Virus record (IMG/VR): IMGVR_UViG_3300032247_000044 | Coordinates: 1 to 35,693 of that record | Direction: 5' to 3' (one strand) | Length of the DNA: 35,693 nt | Source of the DNA: a virus | Lineage: Duplodnaviria; Caudoviricetes | Shown: piece after piece, positions 34,632-35,693 of the stretch | Numbering within the stretch: the stretch's first letter is position 1 | Layout of the letters: each line of letters begins with the position of its first letter | The notes under the pieces: generated by a model | What the model was told of the DNA's origin: nothing | What the model saw: only the letters and a program-made list of their open reading frames with translations | The model's database searches: none | Position numbers and translations under genes: made by a program

Positions 34632-35693
34632 GTGAAAGATTTAACTACAGCGTTCTTCGAAATTGTAAAGTCAGACCGACGCGAAGACGGAACAATGATG
34701 GTCTACGGCAAGGCTACCGACGACTCCCTAGACATTGACCAGCAAATCTGCGACCCGGTATGGCTAGACCGCGCAATGCCGGAATGGTTTAAGAGCGGCG
34801 GCAACATTAGAGAGCAGCATTCATCTATCGCTGCCGGCGTCGCTAAGGAATACGAAAAGAAAACTGACGGCCATTACATTCACGCGCTAGTAGTAGACCC
34901 GATTAGCGTCAAGAAGGTAGAGACCGGCGTACTCAAAGGATTTAGTATCGGGATTAAATCACCTCGCGTAGTACGCGATGAGAAGGCGGTAAATGGTCGA
35001 ATTATTGACGGCCAAATCGTAGAAGTCTCAATCGTAGACCGACCTGCTAACCCTAATTGCCAGCTGCTATTGGCCAAAAGCGTAGCCGGGGAAAGCGGCA
35101 TGTGGAAGGTAGAAGAGTTAATTGAGACCGGAGAAAATTCACTCGAAAAGGCCGTAGAATCTGAGCGTAACCTAACAGAAAGCGGAATTGTGAAGACAGC
35201 CTCCGAAATCATCGCTACTGCTAAGTCACTTACAACTGGAGACATTAAGAAGTTTGACCAAAAGTTGTATGACGACGCACGCAGAGCCTTGGCTCAACTC
35301 ATTGTAGTTGAAGCGCAAGAAATGAATACCGAAGGTAGTAACGAAGAAATGTCTCTCAGTTACCTCCTTGCTGCGGTACATAATCTATTCGCTTGGTATG
35401 CCGGCGAAGAAGCAGAGGGAGAAACAATGGAAAACGAGTCAATCGAAATGGCTGCTAAAAAAGACGCAGACGAAGAAATGTGTGCTAAGTGCAATAAAGT
35501 CGAAAAGGAATGCAAGTGCGCCGGCGGATTCAAGACAGCTGAAGATAAAGCAAAGAGCGCCGAAGGCAAGTGCCTCGAATGCGGTTGCGATACTCCGGGA
35601 GAATCACATGGCCGCAGCGATGTAAGTACCGCTGAAATGGTTGCACCGGGCGAGACACCTAAGAGCGCCGAAGCGACCGAAGAAGTCAGAGAA
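34632..35693 (+). CDS. Prohead protease with scaffold-like C-terminal extension (3' truncated; not in ORF track)
   Basis: AAGGAG RBS, GTG start; VYGKATDDSLDIDQQ, NIREQH, LKGFSIG (Ser), EVSIVDRPANP; frame open to window end. Confidence 0.85.
   Translation, partial: MKDLTTAFFEIVKSDRREDGTMMVYGKATDDSLDIDQQICDPVWLDRAMPEWFKSGGNIREQHSSIAAGVAKEYEKKTDGHYIHALVVDPISVKKVETGVLKGFSIGIKSPRVVRDEKAVNGRIIDGQIVEVSIVDRPANPNCQLLLAKSVAGESGMWKVEELIETGENSLEKAVESERNLTESGIVKTASEIIATAKSLTTGDIKKFDQKLYDDARRALAQLIVVEAQEMNTEGSNEEMSLSYLLAAVHNLFAWYAGEEAEGETMENESIEMAAKKDADEEMCAKCNKVEKECKCAGGFKTAEDKAKSAEGKCLECGCDTPGESHGRSDVSTAEMVAPGETPKSAEATEEVRE

Overview
The window is most of the genome of a long-tailed (siphovirus-like) dsDNA phage, probably infecting Actinobacteria (WhiB gene, actinophage-type tail and lysis genes, moderate GC and many TTA codons suggest a low-GC lineage). 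Almost every gene is on the + strand. Order: tape measure (5' truncated), distal tail, tail-tip and Gly-rich proteins, CHAP endolysin and holin, metallophosphoesterase, a single minus-strand Ntn (HslV/proteasome-beta-like) peptidase, recombination/replication genes (SSAP-like, Cas4-like nuclease, WhiB, HTH initiator, RusA), an AT-rich C5-methyltransferase cassette, transglycosylase, HNH and SSB. Next comes a tightly coupled DNA-hypermodification operon (two ParB-like proteins, TET/JBP dioxygenase, amino acid:DNA transferase, PLP enzyme, P-loop kinase) that runs straight into TerS/TerL. It is followed by a ~10-bp-phased repeat array, a fibre/Gly-rich cassette, portal, a MuF-ADP-ribosyltransferase fusion with a tiny downstream peptide, and a prohead protease (3' truncated). 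The best candidate for a poorly characterised system is the post-replicative, possibly packaging-linked base hypermodification pathway. All family calls come from motif recognition by eye; no searches or counts were run.
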